A stretch of 63,858 nt of DNA, filler included, from Intoshia linei (taxonomy: Eukaryota > Animalia > Orthonectida): the NCBI GenBank assembly GCA_001642005.1. It is 7 parts of 7 records of this genome, joined end to end, with 100 filler letters (N's around TTAATTAATTAA, not from the genome) between each part and the next. Parts side by side here need not be neighbours in the genome. Positions count along the whole stretch, not along the records: positions 32,721 to 44,184 come from LWCA01001168.1; positions 44,285 to 46,178 come from LWCA01002468.1; 5 more parts are not named here. One strand, written 5' to 3'. Below, in pieces: positions 33,037-46,178 of this stretch (within the stretch, counting starts at the first letter, position 1; each line of letters begins with the position of its first letter). The translations under genes were made by a program, and so were the position numbers. The notes below the pieces were generated by a model that worked only from the letters and a program-made list of their open reading frames with translations, was not told the origin of the DNA and did not search any database.

Positions 33037-35551
33037 GCTAGCATTGAAAAATTGGAACAGGAAATGTTGCATATTAATCAAAACTCGGATGCATTAAATC
33101 AAAACTATCTGGAATTGATAGAATATAAGCATTTAATTGAACACACAGAAACATTTTTCAATGAGGTATACTACTTTTATATTACACGTACAGTTATTAG
33201 AGTTCTGCAGTTAAATTTTATGAATTTTAAATTTTACTTTTTTACATAGGCTTTGAAAGAATCAACAATATTTGAACAACAAGAATCTACTCTAGTGGAC
33301 CATAACTTGAATGCTGATGTAGAAGATACCGATGGTGCTCATAATTTAAACTTTGGGTTTTTAAAAATTTTTTGGTAATAAGAAAATTTTAGATTTGTGA
33401 CTGGAGTTATATCCAATGAATTAATGTTAAATTTTGAAAAAATGATTTGGCGAGTGAGTTATGGAAATGTCTTTGTAAAGAAAAAATTAATTGAACACAC
33501 AATAGAAGATCCGCTTTCTCGAAGTGAAGTTCAAAAAGTTTGTTTTGTTTTATTTTTTCAAGGAGTAGAACTAAAAAAACGAATAAAAAAAGTTTGTCAG
33601 GGTTTCCATGCAACGTTATACCCATGTCCAGAAAAAAATAAAGGTCGAAGAGATTTAGTAATGGAACTGACGTCTAGAATAGAAGAACTTTCCATGATTT
33701 TAGATGAAACTCAGACCCATAAAAGAAGAATTTCTATTACTGCCGCTAAACATATTAACGAGTGGTTTGTTCACGTTTTAAAAATTAAGTACATTTACCA
33801 TACATTAAATATGTGTAATTATGATGTGACTAGAAACTGCTTGATTGCTGAATGTTGGCTTCCTAGTGCTGATTATGATAGTGTGAAACTTGCAACTGTT
33901 AGAGGAACTAACCGCAGTGGAACATCTATGCCTTCTATATTGCACCGTATTATTTCCAATGAAACTCCTCCCACTTTTCACAAGTCTAATAAATATACAG
34001 AAGCTTATCAAACCATTGTTGACGCATATGGTGTAGCAACATACAGAGAAGTTAATCCTGCCACCTTTTCCATTATTACATTCCCATTTCTTTTTGCCGT
34101 AATGTTTGGTGACATGGGCCATGGTATACTCATGACTGCATTTGCACTGGTACTCGTATTGATGGAAAAACGCATATTGGCCATAAAAAAACGAGACGAA
34201 GTATTTAACATTTTATTTGGCGGTCGATATATTATACTTTTGATGGGAATATTTAGCATTTTTACTGGATTTATTTATAATGATATTTTTTCCAAATCAC
34301 TAAATATTTTTGGTACATCCTGGAATCTTGATGGAATTTCAATAAATACGACAAAAAGTTCTATATACTTGAATCCATACACAAATTCCGGAAATTCTAC
34401 ATACCCTGTCGGAATGGATCCAATTTGGCAATTGGCTGGAAATAAATTGTCTTTTATCAATTCATACAAAATGAAAATGTCCATCATTTTCGGTTTTGTT
34501 CATATGATGTTTGGTATATCTCTCGGATTAATAAATAATTTATATTTTGATCAACCCATCAACATATTTTGCATGTTTATTCCGCAAGTTATTTTTATAA
34601 CCTCATTGTTTGGATATCTTGTTTGTCTTTTATTTTATAAATGGATTTATATTACGGCAGTCTCAGAAAGCCAACCGTCTTTATTGGTTGAGTTTATTAC
34701 CATGATGTTGTTTAATTATCCTAAAAATTGGCAAGAAATTTACCCTGGACAAAAAGGATTGCAAACATTTTTAGTTTTATTGGCGTTAATATGCATTCCA
34801 TGGATGTTATTTTCTAAACTTGGTATACAACAATTAAAAAAACAAGGAATCTTGAAATCTTCTTTTCTGAGCCCTAAAAGAGGAGATGGAATAAAATCGA
34901 TAAATCGAAACAAAAGCAAAAAAAATAATGACTCTTTGGTAGAATTATTATCTGATGAAAGCAGATCAAATAATGATTCTAAAATCAACATGGATGTGGA
35001 TCATATTAATCCAGCTAGTCAAATGCAAAGTAGTGAACCTACCAACGAAAGTGATCAATTGATTGAAACGAAAACGTATAGTGTTGAAAACAAGGAAGAT
35101 ATGATGGAAGATTTTATTTATCAAGGAATTCATGTTATTGAATATTGCCTAGGTGTTATTTCCAATATGGCTAGTTATCTACGTCTCTGGGCTTTGAGCT
35201 TAGCTCATGCACGTATGATTTTAAAGTTTTATAATTCACATTTAAATTTAGAATTATCTGAAGTATGCTGGCAGCGTTTATTGAGTATGGGACTGAAAAC
35301 TGAAGGAATTCTTGGAATGTTTGTTTTAGTTTTTACATTTTCAGTTTGGGCCATTTGCACCCTATTTATATTGCTTTTAATGGAAGGATTATCTGCGTTT
35401 TTACATTCTTTACGTTTGCATTGGTAATATTTATTTTTTTTTAATTTTTTAAATTAGGGTTGAATTTCAAAACAAATTTTATGATGGAAAGGGACAAGCT
35501 TTTATACCATTTTCTTTTAAATCTTTATTGGCTGAGCACGCCAATTTTTGA
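33037..35551 (+). CDS. ATP6V0A1: V-type H+-ATPase V0 subunit a (116 kDa), N-terminus missing at spacer
   Basis: Exons 33037-33166, 33250-33356, 33393-35212, 35252-35423, 35458-35551. Motifs PPTF, YGVATYREVNP, FPFLFAVMFGDMGHG, SYLRLWALSLAHAQLS (essential Arg) and LHSLRLHWVEFQNKFY. Paralog assignment is not resolved. Confidence 0.96.
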
Positions 35552-35992
35552 TGTATAGTTATTTTTGTTGTTCAATTATGTTTATTACATTTTAAAATAT
35601 ACTCAAACTATACTTTGATAATTAGACCAACTCCGAAAATGAAAAATAAACCCCTCAAACAAAAATGTCACAAACGAATTGTAGTGTCATATAACCCCTA
35701 GCCACCTTTCTAAGGCTCTTGAGTTGACATTTTAAATTTAACACACAAAATAGTTATGATATTCAACGATTATTTTTTTAATGCTCACTTTAGTAAAATG
35801 ATTTTACAAAATCTTTTTCAAGGAGCCTCAGTACGTAGATTAGGCACGAGCAGTGCTTGCAATTTCTCGAGAAAAAAAATAACTCATACTATTAGTAATA
35901 TAATAAAAAATTTTAATTATGGAAAAACTAAATGTACTAACAGTTCCAAAATTGTTAATATTTTTGAAATAATGAAGGAGTATTATATAAAA

Positions 35993-36376
35993 TTATATAG
36001 AAGCAATATTTTTCTTCAAGCTTTTTGAGAATGAGGGAGGAGGATTGAAAGTTATAGAGTGAGCGAATTGAGATAAAAAATCCATTCCTATGAGAATGGG
36101 AACGCCAATTGAGTCGGAAATGAGGAATTTGAACGAATATCTACTTTTTTGACATTCGATCGTAATTTCAGAAGTTTTTTGAATGATACTCGAATTATCG
36201 TTGAAAGCGGAATTAATTAAAATTTTATTTTTAATTACCTGACTTTCTCCAAACTCTTCTGGGACCGGTTGAGAAACAATCGAAGAGTCACTACCTGTGT
36301 CAATGAGAATTTTGAGATCTTTTAAGTGAGCGATGTTGAAAACGGTAGCTACAATTTGGAATCTTCCTGTTTCCAT
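35993..36376 (-). mobile_element. Retropepsin-like aspartic protease ORF (LTR retrotransposon remnant)
   Basis: ILIDTGSDSSIVS catalytic motif and ILIGMDFL motif; no adjoining RT was seen. Confidence 0.8.
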
Positions 36377-37344
36377 TTTTTTATTGTTTAAAAATTGTTA
36401 AGCCCTTTGAAGGTTTTTTAAGCCTTATTTTCCAGGATTTGTTAAATAAGATTTAATTAAAATTTTTAAACAAGTTGTAATAAACTTTGAGCTTGATTTT
36501 GTAAGTCTTGGTAACCGCACAACAAAACTACATTTTTGAAATATTTTAGTGAATCTATAACGAATATAATCATCACTCTATAATCTTTTTATTGACATAC
36601 ATATTATATGTTAATATTTAAATGTTTTATATGAATAAATAGAACTTGACATATAAAATAATTTTTATTTAAAAATTTTCTGGCACAACCAAAAATGACA
36701 AACATTAAATAATTATAATTACGTACTTATGTATTGTATGCAGTACTTGAATAAAAGAATGCTACTGACTAATTTTTCTATAATGAATAATGTGTGTGAA
36801 TGATGGAATAACAATTTTTTTCATTGAATCGGGCATCAAATGCCACTATGAGGAAGTTTAATGAAAATATCATAATAGTAGAATAGGTTAGTAAATTTAG
36901 TTCAGTTATAACTCGAAATATTATTGACAATCCTCCAGTCAAGAAAAATTTTTACCGGTCCGCTAAATAATTTTTACTAATTAAAAGTCAAATTATTATT
37001 ACGATTTTTATTAAAATTTTTACTAATATTGCCAAATAATTTCGCTTTAATGGTCCGCGATAAATTTTATGTATTAAAGATAACTTAAAGCCGAGAGACG
37101 TAAATAACTACTCATAGGAAATAACACCGAGACAATCCTTACTTATATAATATTTTTTGTTTGTCTGCATTGTAATATAATATAAAAATGATAATAACAA
37201 AGTTTTATTGCTTTTAGTAATTCGTTGTTGTAGTTTTAATTTAAATTTTATACGAAATGTTTTGAAAATGAGAATTTGAGATTAAAAAATTGCGAAAGAA
37301 TGAATTATATATATATATATATATTTACCGTGAATTAGGTGATT

Positions 37345-37993
37345 GTTTTTTCACCGGGAATGTCTAGATTTCTGGGGTTGAAATTTTGTGTTTATATCAA
37401 CTGGAATAAGCTCTATCAGAATAATTTTTATTTTTAATTTTCGGATCATTAATTATTTCACATTTTTTGTTTTAATAAAATATTTTGGAATAAGAATATA
37501 TGAAAACTAAAATGCTTTTTTGACCATGAAGTCGTCACTTATTCAGATTATAAGTTTTTGTGTGTTAACAGGATACAACTGTACCACCTGTTAATTTTTT
37601 TAAAATCTAAGGCTTTTTTCATAAAAAAAGGGTAATTTGGGGTTTTGACCCTGAAGATATATTTTTTTTATAATTAAATTTATGATAATGTTTATGATTT
37701 TAAAATCCGTATTAGACTATATATTTTTTTAAATTCTCGAACTCGTTTGATTTTCAAAAAAAATCACAATTGGGCTTGTTGACCTGTAATATGTGAGTTT
37801 GAAATTTGTTTTGCTAACATCCCCGGAAAAAAATCTAATTGAAATGTGGACTTTATAAAATTCTAAGACTGGTAGTTATTGAAATAAACGATAACACAAA
37901 CAAATATTGCATAGTATATTATAATATGCTATGATTATATAAGTACACAACACACTACACAAATATTGTGTAGCATATTATATAAGTAAGGAT
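37345..37993 (-). mobile_element. Helitron-family copy (5' two-thirds)
   Basis: Matches 21860-22445 and ends tataagtaaggat (A|TC 5' terminus on minus). Further pieces lie at ~700-860, 1840-2200, 20550-20880, 22840-23400, 41325-41545 and 46279-46515, with 3' ends at ~7700-7757, 27503-27660, 42180-42220 and 48476-48750. Confidence 0.8.
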
Positions 37994-38280
37994 TATTATT
38001 ATTATTGTATACCTTTTAAGTGTTTTTTAATTGTTAATTGTTTAATTGTCAGCCTTGAAATATGACTTAACTGTATGAAGAATATTGAATTAATAAAAAA
38101 TTATATATTTTATTTTACATGTTTATTATAATGATATTTTACAAACTCATATATCGATCATACAGAAACAGTTTCGAACTTAATAAAAACGATATGGTAC
38201 GTGCTGTGGAAGAATTAAAAAAATACAAGAATAATTTTAAATGTATTACTAATAAGTTAACAATAGTAATTTAAAATTGA

Positions 38281-41200
38281 TTAAATAGAGTCTGCATCAA
38301 GTGCTTCTGGTAAATCTTCTGGAGATGGATTACCCTCACTATTTAATATTGTTTGATCACATTGTTCCAAAATATATTGGAATTCATGAATTTCTAAACC
38401 AACTTTGTATATTTGAGTTAGAGTTTCGACCATCAAAACGATAGTATCATCGACGTTTGCTAAAATAAATAAGTTAAATTAATCAATACATTCATGTTCA
38501 ATATACCTGGCAAAGTAGTGTTTGCGACATATTCTGCAATATCGGCAATTTCTCTACTGAAACATGCTAGTTGATTTAAGATTACATTGCCAATTTCTGG
38601 AACTATAAAAACAATTAACATAATTACTAAAAGGAATTACCATTGATGTCACCTGTTGGTGGAACCATAACACAGGTAGGTTCGCCAAAATCTAAATTAG
38701 AATGAAATTTAAATTATTAATTTTTATATATGTTATCAATTTTAACATCACTTATCATTCTTTAATTTATCAGATTACATCTTTTCTACGGACACGGAAG
38801 GACATAACAGTCTTCACTCGGAGTTAATAATATTAATATTGAAATAAGCTAGTGTGATCATATGTTAGACTTAAAACAATACATCAAAAAATGATTGCCA
38901 TGATCACTTTGTTTTTATATCTTGAAAGATATATTTTATAGTGAAAAAAAAAATCTAGACGCAAAACAAATCGGAACTTATTTTGTGAATTTTGGCAAAG
39001 TTTCAAATATTTTTTTAAAAATACGTAATGAATGGTCACATTAAAGTATATAAGGTCATGTACATTGTACAATGTACACTGAATTCCCAGACAGATTCTG
39101 CTTAATAAAGTAAAAATTGTTTAAGTTTGTTTAGATTCTGCATACAACTGTCGGGTAAATTTTCATTCAGTTTATTATAATTTTGTATAGTAATTTTATT
39201 ATTTAGTTAGGTTTTAATACCAATAGATCCAAACAATTCAAAAATTTCGTTCATTGCTTCACGTACACATTCATCGTTTTGAGCTTCTTCTTTTGTGACT
39301 GAATCACATCCCTTGTAATCTAATTTACAAAGTTAAATTGATCACGTGTTATTTAATACTGAAAACGTAGAATTCCATGAATCGAGTATATATTTCTTCA
39401 AATTTAGGTCCATATCTGTCTCTCATTTCTTCCATACTATCAATAAACTTTTCGACCATTTCGTCAAATTGCTCAACTAAATGGTGTATGAAAATAATAT
39501 ACATTTTTACATTAAAATATTTTAATTTAATTCAGGTTATTAATTTATTTATCCTATAATATTTAATCTCTCAACGTATCGATTTAATTAGATTGGTTAA
39601 TTCATATACATTTGATAAATGGGTTTTATTTGGGTTCTCTGATTTCGGACCTTGACCAACCTTTTAAAATTAGAATTTTTTTTATATTACAGAAAACGCT
39701 TTTGGTTTTTGTAGCAACGGTGTAGAACCTGATGCTTTTTATTTTAACGAGTCCATGATGTTTATTGCTTTGGGAAGCACAGATTTACTCTAACACTATT
39801 TAAACTAAAAATAACACCCTCACTTATGGTCTATTAGTTTATAGTTTAAATTACAACACCCTGTAACTGCCACAAACTTATATAAATCACATTAAAAAGG
39901 TTTCACACAATATTTCTAAAAATGTTATTAATATACTACTAACTAGTTATTACATGATATATCATTTTCGAAAAATTCTCCAAGGTGGATTGCTGCGTTA
40001 TCAAAAAATTCTGAACAATGCGATAAAAGAGTAACAAAATGGTTTTTTTTTTCTTCAAATTCTTCAGGATTAATCTCTAAAAAAGTTAATTATATCTCTA
40101 TGAATTAAAACCTTTCAACATTTGATATGGGTGTTCAGTTTCATATTCTTGTTCATTACACATATCTCTATTTACAGCGTCTCTTTTAAATTGTCTTGCT
40201 GATGCTAAATTTTAAATATAAAAAGGTGTTAAATACTTATCGTTACAATACACAATTCGGCGGTTCAATAGAATGGCCAAATTTTTTACTTTATTCTCAG
40301 TTCTATTTTTTAAATTCTTTGCTTGATTCTTAGCTTTCTTTGCTGCTTTTTTAGCCTTCTTTGCTGCTTTTTTAGCATTATTTTTTATTTTATTGACGGA
40401 TTTATTTGTCTTTTTTTTAATTTTTTTTGTAAGGCTTTTTAAACTTCTTAGTTTTCTAGTCAATTCATCATCAATGTCGTTATCTTCATCTTCGTCTTCA
40501 TCATCGTCGTCGTCTTTATCATCGTCGTCATCTTCATCTTTGTCACTATCGTCGTCATCTTCATCTTCGTCACCATCGTCGTCATCTTCATCATTATCAA
40601 AGTCTTCTTTAATATTCTCAATATCTTTCAAATCAGTTTCATCGCGTTTCAAAAAAGAAGAAATCTATAATTTATTATAAGTGGTTTAATATACTTTCGT
40701 AAAATTCAAGAATGAAATATTGTATTAAGAATCAACATACCTTTGTTTATATAAGGGGAGTCAGACTGAATTTGCTTGACAAGCCAAAATGTGAAAAAAA
40801 TTATTACGCAGTCCGCAAAAAAAAATTATCTTTACTCATATCATTATTTAATACAATATGGTAACTAATTTATATCATGCTTCATATTATAAAGATGAAA
40901 TTTGGTAAATTAAAATCTCCGCTTCTTCATGGAATTGACATATTTTTATTTTCATAATTAATTATAAACACAATTAACGGTTGTATATAGCTGAAAAAAC
41001 ATTTAAAAAAATTCATGTTTTAAAATAATATTAAATTTTAAAGATAATAAAATAAACTTAATTTTCTACTCTAATGATTAAACTCCAGATGAATTGTAGT
41101 ATCAGACAAAAAAAAGTACTTGAAAATAAGTGCACAGTTAATAGTTATGAGTCGATAAATATAGGTGTTTCATTAATGGAACAATGGTAACATGGATTAG

Positions 41201-42591
41201 TGTAATTCATAAAAATATATTGTAAGCATACAAATTTTTTCTTGTTACGTTTAAATACACCGGATTTAAATTAGATGTAGTAACGTACCATAAATTCAAA
41301 TGTAGTGACATAGTTTAAAATTATTCTAACTTATATAATATGCTACACGATTTTTGTTTATGTGTGTGTGTGCGTGTTCAGCTTTATTTAAATAACTACC
41401 CGTCTTAGAATTTTAAGTCCACATTTCAATTACAGTTTTTAATAATTTATAAATTTTAATTTAAAAAAATTATATTTTCAGGGCCAAAACCACAAATAGC
41501 CCTAGAATTTAAAACATTTTACAGGTGGTATAGTTGTATCCTATAAATTTTTAATATAACAATAATATGGACTATGCTACTGATGATTTTATATTATTTT
41601 GTCGTTAGAAAGACAACGCTGTTACAGTGGGTTCGAATTTTGAAAGTAAATTGTTTATTAACATGTAAATTAAATCATTTTAGATGTATTTCCTATATAA
41701 AACCAAAAGATGGTGTCGAGAAACTACATCAAAGAAACTTATAAATCAACCATCATAATTGACTCATATAATAGAGGTATGGGTGATGTAGATTTAAATT
41801 AAATTTTAATGGACAAGTTGCTATTATCTTATGGACCTAAATTATTAAGTAAAAAATGTTACTGGAATTTGTTCAATGCACTGATTAAACTAACAGTTTT
41901 AATTAATTCATAAAATGAAATAAGAATTATACTAATGCTAAAATTGTACACAATTAAAAAAATTTAAATTGGAGAATTATATTTTATAAAGTGTGTAATA
42001 CTGGGTTAGAACTAAAACTATCACTGAATTAGGATACCAATTTCATTAAATTTTAACAATTAAAATATGAACTATTTCATTAAATATTAACAAAATCCTT
42101 TCTTATATAAGTTTATATTTTCTCAAAATGTACCTGTAACCATTAATTAAGAACATCAAAACCCAGAAATTCGTATCCTACAGCTTTAGTTTGTACAAAG
42201 TACTTAACAGTCAAGCAAGTTTATATATAAAATAAAAAAAATTTACCCTTATTCCTCCTTTATGTCCAGCATGATGAACCTATATTTTTAAATTATAAAT
42301 ATTGATAATGTTACATATTTTAATGTAACATTTCATTAACTATATTAACAGTATTACACTAATACATGATTACTTATTAACTGTTAGTCTTAAAAATAGC
42401 ATAATACAAAAAAAATTAAAACTTTCAAACCAAATTAAAACAAAATCTTGACATTATTCTATAATATTACCATAAAAATACACAATTAAAAACAAAAAAA
42501 CTTTAAATAATAAACTTAATAAAATAACCGTTTTAGCCGTGCACACGTAGATGATTGCTACAATCAAAAAAATTAAAGACAAACTCTTCAT
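38281..42591 (-). CDS. Orphan secreted precursor-like protein (~423 aa, 10 exons)
   Basis: Phase-consistent exons 42591-42529, 42279-42247, 40664-40247, 40204-40112, 40076-39954, 39476-39360, 39319-39221, 38691-38641, 38602-38507, 38459-38281. Signal peptide MKSLSLIFLIVAIIYVCTA, KR site, D/E tract, K/A-rich tract, second KR, then an acidic helical Cys-containing region ending ALDADSI*. Confidence 0.75.
41590..41880 (+). mobile_element. piggyBac transposase remnant, intronic and antisense to the orphan gene
   Basis: IDSYNRGMGDVDL (YN..MGGVD motif) and KKCYWNLF (KKWYW.LF motif). Confidence 0.75.
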
Positions 42592-43654
42592 ATTTGAATT
42601 ATATAATAATGATGTGTATCAATTTTTTTTCCCTTATATACTTACAAATAACAATACAGTTAATTCACCCATAACGTTCCATTATCTAAAAAATTGGTTC
42701 ATTAATTTTTTTGTCAAATTTTGCATGTTTTGATCAATGTTAAAAACAAATATATTTAGTAAACAAAAGAAATTAATCTTGTAAAATAATATATTTTGTT
42801 ATTCGCTATAAAAATGTTTTTAAAAGTAATATATTACTTGATAATGTTATACATTGCTAAAACAATTATTTAAGTATTGTACATATGTTTTAATTTTTAA
42901 GTATTTTTTTGATAGAATATTTACATGATCTATTATCTAATATATTCTAAACCATATGCTTAGAATTACCATTAATAATAATATTAAATAGATTTAATTG
43001 CATGTAACTACATTTTATAATAAATATGTATAATATATTTTACATGTTAATAATTTTTTATGTTAAATTATGAATTATTCAATAAATTAGTATACGAAAG
43101 TTTCTCAGTGCCAGTATACCAATCTGTAGTAACTTACAAAACTAATTAGAAGTAATGCTCTAAATCTTACTATTTTCAGTAGATTTCGTTAATACGGTCA
43201 AACCATGATTAGGTACAATCCAAAATTCGTTTTCCTTCTCGGATTAAATGTTGTTTAAAACAGCGACGTGCCGTGGCAAATATTATAAGTAAGTGGACTA
43301 TAAAATATGTATAAGTATAAATATTTGTTTATTTATTCGTGTTAAAAATATGTATCAAATCATTTAAATTATCTTAAACTTTATAATAATGTCCATACAA
43401 TTAAACTCTAGTTATTAAAATTTTTATTATAAAGCTGTAATTCCCAACCTTTTCTATGCTAGAAACACTTTCACTTTTATAAAAATTCCATGCCCACTGA
43501 CAAAGTTCATTCACAACAAATTATTATTAATTAAATAATTAGTTTTTATTAAATACTAGAATTTTATAATAAATTATAAATCAAAAACTATTATTGTCAA
43601 AATTCGAGCGAATTAAAATAAAATAATGATAAATGATACACGTAGAATTTAATT

Positions 43655-44184
43655 AAAATGGTTGGTAAAAGTAGATTTTTTCTATTATTGTTAGTAAAAG
43701 TAAATTTTTTTTATAATGGTTATTAAAAGTAGATTTTTTTTATAATAGTTGGTAAAAGTGGATTTTTCTTATAATAGTTGTAAAAGTGGATTTTTTTATA
43801 ATGGTTATATAAGTGGATTTTTCTTATAATAGTTATTAAAAGTGGATTTTTTTTATAATAGTTGGTAAAAGTGGATTTTTTTTATAATAGTTGGTAAAAG
43901 TGAATTTTTTTTATAATGGTTATTAAAGTAGATTTTTTTTATAATAGTTGAAATAGTGGATTTTTTTTATAATAATTAGTTAAAGTGGATTTTTTTTATA
44001 ATGGTTATATTAGTTGATTTTTTTTATAATAGTTGTAAAAGTGGATTTTTTTTATAATGGTTATACAAGTAAATTTTTCTTATAATAGTTATTAAAAGTG
44101 GATTTTTTTTATAATAGTTGGTAAAAGTAAATTTTTTTTATAATGGTTATAAAAGTGGATTTTTTTTATAATAGTTGGTAAAAG
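43655..44184 (+). repeat. ~31-nt tandem minisatellite (ataatagttggtaaaagtggattttttt), runs into spacer
   Basis: About 17 visible tandem units, preceded by a hAT-like end ctgtaattcccaacctttt at ~43435. Confidence 0.95.
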
Positions 44185-44289
44185 NNNNNNNNNNNNNNNN
44201 NNNNNNNNNNNNNNNNNNNNNNNNNNNNTTAATTAATTAANNNNNNNNNNNNNNNNNNNNNNNNNNNNNNNNNNNNNNNNNNNNTTTAA

Positions 44290-44720
44290 TATCAGCACCT
44301 CCAGACTCACCACATAACTTGTAAGATTTAATTCTATTTTTAATTTTAACCCTTGCATTATCTTTGTGAAAATTTATATTTTGTACTATTAAATTCCTTA
44401 TTTTTCATACTTTTCGCTTCAACAAGTAACGTTTCTTCCGTAATAGAATTATCATTTTTACTCTGATCAACAAATTAAACGTATAGGTTTTTTTTCAATT
44501 ACTGAACATTTTGGTTTTCTCATTCTTTTAAATGTTCTTATAATTGCAGGTACATTTGAATTTTTGTAAAAATCCATTATTTTTGATTTATTTTGCTGGA
44601 CTGTATAAATGGTACTAGTTGACTTGTTCAATTTGGTCGATATTTCTTGAACTGATATACCTTCATTGAGCATTTTAATTATCTGTAATTTTTTGTTTAA
44701 TGTGATATTTTTTTCATTAT
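44290..44720 (-). mobile_element. Tigger/pogo transposase N-terminal (psq/CENP-B HTH) remnant
   Basis: NITLNKKLQIIKMLNEGISVQEISTKLNKSTSTIYTV...KRMRKPK, and downstream KLCGESGGAD. Confidence 0.8.
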
Positions 44721-44932
44721 TTTGATATTATTTAATTGATGTGATTTAAAATATTTATGTTATGCTTAATAAAAATTTGGTAGTCAAATTTTTAAAATAT
44801 AATACGTATCTATGCATTAATTTCACACTAATTATTTATGCTTGTTTATGAAGCTTTATGCACTAGTCCACAATTATAACAACACTAAGTTTTATTGTTA
44901 TTATTACTACATAAATTACATAATGATTGTTT

Positions 44933-45500
44933 TTAACAGTAAATTGGCTTACCTCCTACCTTCAATATTTTGATGGCACGATTTTGAACTGTGTTTGCCA
45001 ATTTAATAAACGTTGCATCAGCGATGGTCCGCCATGTACTTATTATCGCTATTCGTAGTTTACCTAGATTACTATATTGTTTATTTTCAGCATAGAGTTG
45101 TCTGGTCATGATACCCACACGTTTTCAATGGGTTGATATTTGGAGATAGAGCAGGTTACGCCTTAATATCAGTAAAATGATTATTTAAAAACGTTTTTGA
45201 TAAGCGTGACGTGACAACGCATTATTTTGTTGAAACACTAAATTTTTCTTTAATTCGTCGCTAGTAGGAAGAATAGGGATGAGGTTTTCCTCTAAAATAC
45301 TTTGTTATTTGATTGAATTTATATTACCGTCAACTTTGACAATCCACTTAATACCTCCGCTGGAGATAGTACCCCAAATTATAATAAACTCAACTCAAAC
45401 ATATGGATGTCTGACTCTTCCAGATTGTAGCCCCGCTAAGAAGTTAATTATTTTTAAATCAACTATTATTTTCCACATGTGACTCTTATATTCAATTTTA
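44933..45500 (-). mobile_element. Decayed Tc1 transposase
   Basis: IIWGTISSGG, FQQN, SPNINP/IENVW-like and LRIAIISTWRTI remnants, with frameshifts. Confidence 0.75.
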
Positions 45501-45799
45501 TCTAATACGATTTGAATGTTTGCATAACTTTCTTTCAATTTTAAAGAATACGCCAGTGGGACTGGGAGATATTCTTTGATATTTATTAAAACCGCCTTTA
45601 AATTTAAAGTCGAACTGTCTAATCATATATACATTGTATACCATTTAAAATAGTGCAGTTGACAATAAGAAAAAGTTTCTCAAAAATCATTTTGACTAGT
45701 AACAATTAAATTTCCTCAATAATAAAATTATTTGGATATTTATGTAAAGAATTTAAGAAAAAATTAGAAACTCAAAATTATTTAATGTTCAAAATGACC

Positions 45800-46178
45800 A
45801 CCATCAGATTGGATACATAAATCAATGCGTTTAAGAACATTGTTGTAAACATGAGATAATTCTTGAGTTCTAATTGAATTAATACTGTTGATGATATTGG
45901 TTTTTAAAGATTTTATATTTGATGGGGAATTTTTATAAATTTTAGATTTTATTGTTCCCTACAAATAAAAATCACATGGCATTAGATCAGGAGACCTTGG
46001 TTGCGATATACTGCATTTCTCCCAGATAATCGATTAATACCATATTTTTCTATAAATATATTTTGAACATGTACATTAAATATTTTAAACTGGATTAATA
46101 GCTTGACCAAAAATATTCTTTCAGTCGTGGTTAACATTTCAAAAAATTAATATGAACTTGTTTTTATACAGTTGATTT
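45800..46178 (-). mobile_element. Decayed Tc1/mariner (DD37D/maT-like) transposase fragment
   Basis: QPRSPDLMPCDFYL*G at ~45958-46005 (WPPRSPDL.P.DF.LWG motif). Confidence 0.7.

Noticed and set aside
33407-34991. Five minus-strand ORFs inside the V0a exon
   Set aside because: Antisense shadows of a well-supported CDS, with no recognisable motifs.
40393-40680. Poly-Ser ORF on the plus strand
   Set aside because: Antisense shadow of the GAT/GAC/GAA acidic tract of the minus-strand gene.
40741-40839. Alternative first exon for the orphan gene
   Set aside because: The ATG at 40839 hits a stop, and the open frame is phase-incompatible with the 40664 acceptor. Exons at 42591 and 42279 fit cleanly.
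43655-44184. CRISPR-like array
   Set aside because: Tandem degenerate units with no unique spacers, no cas genes, and a eukaryotic context.
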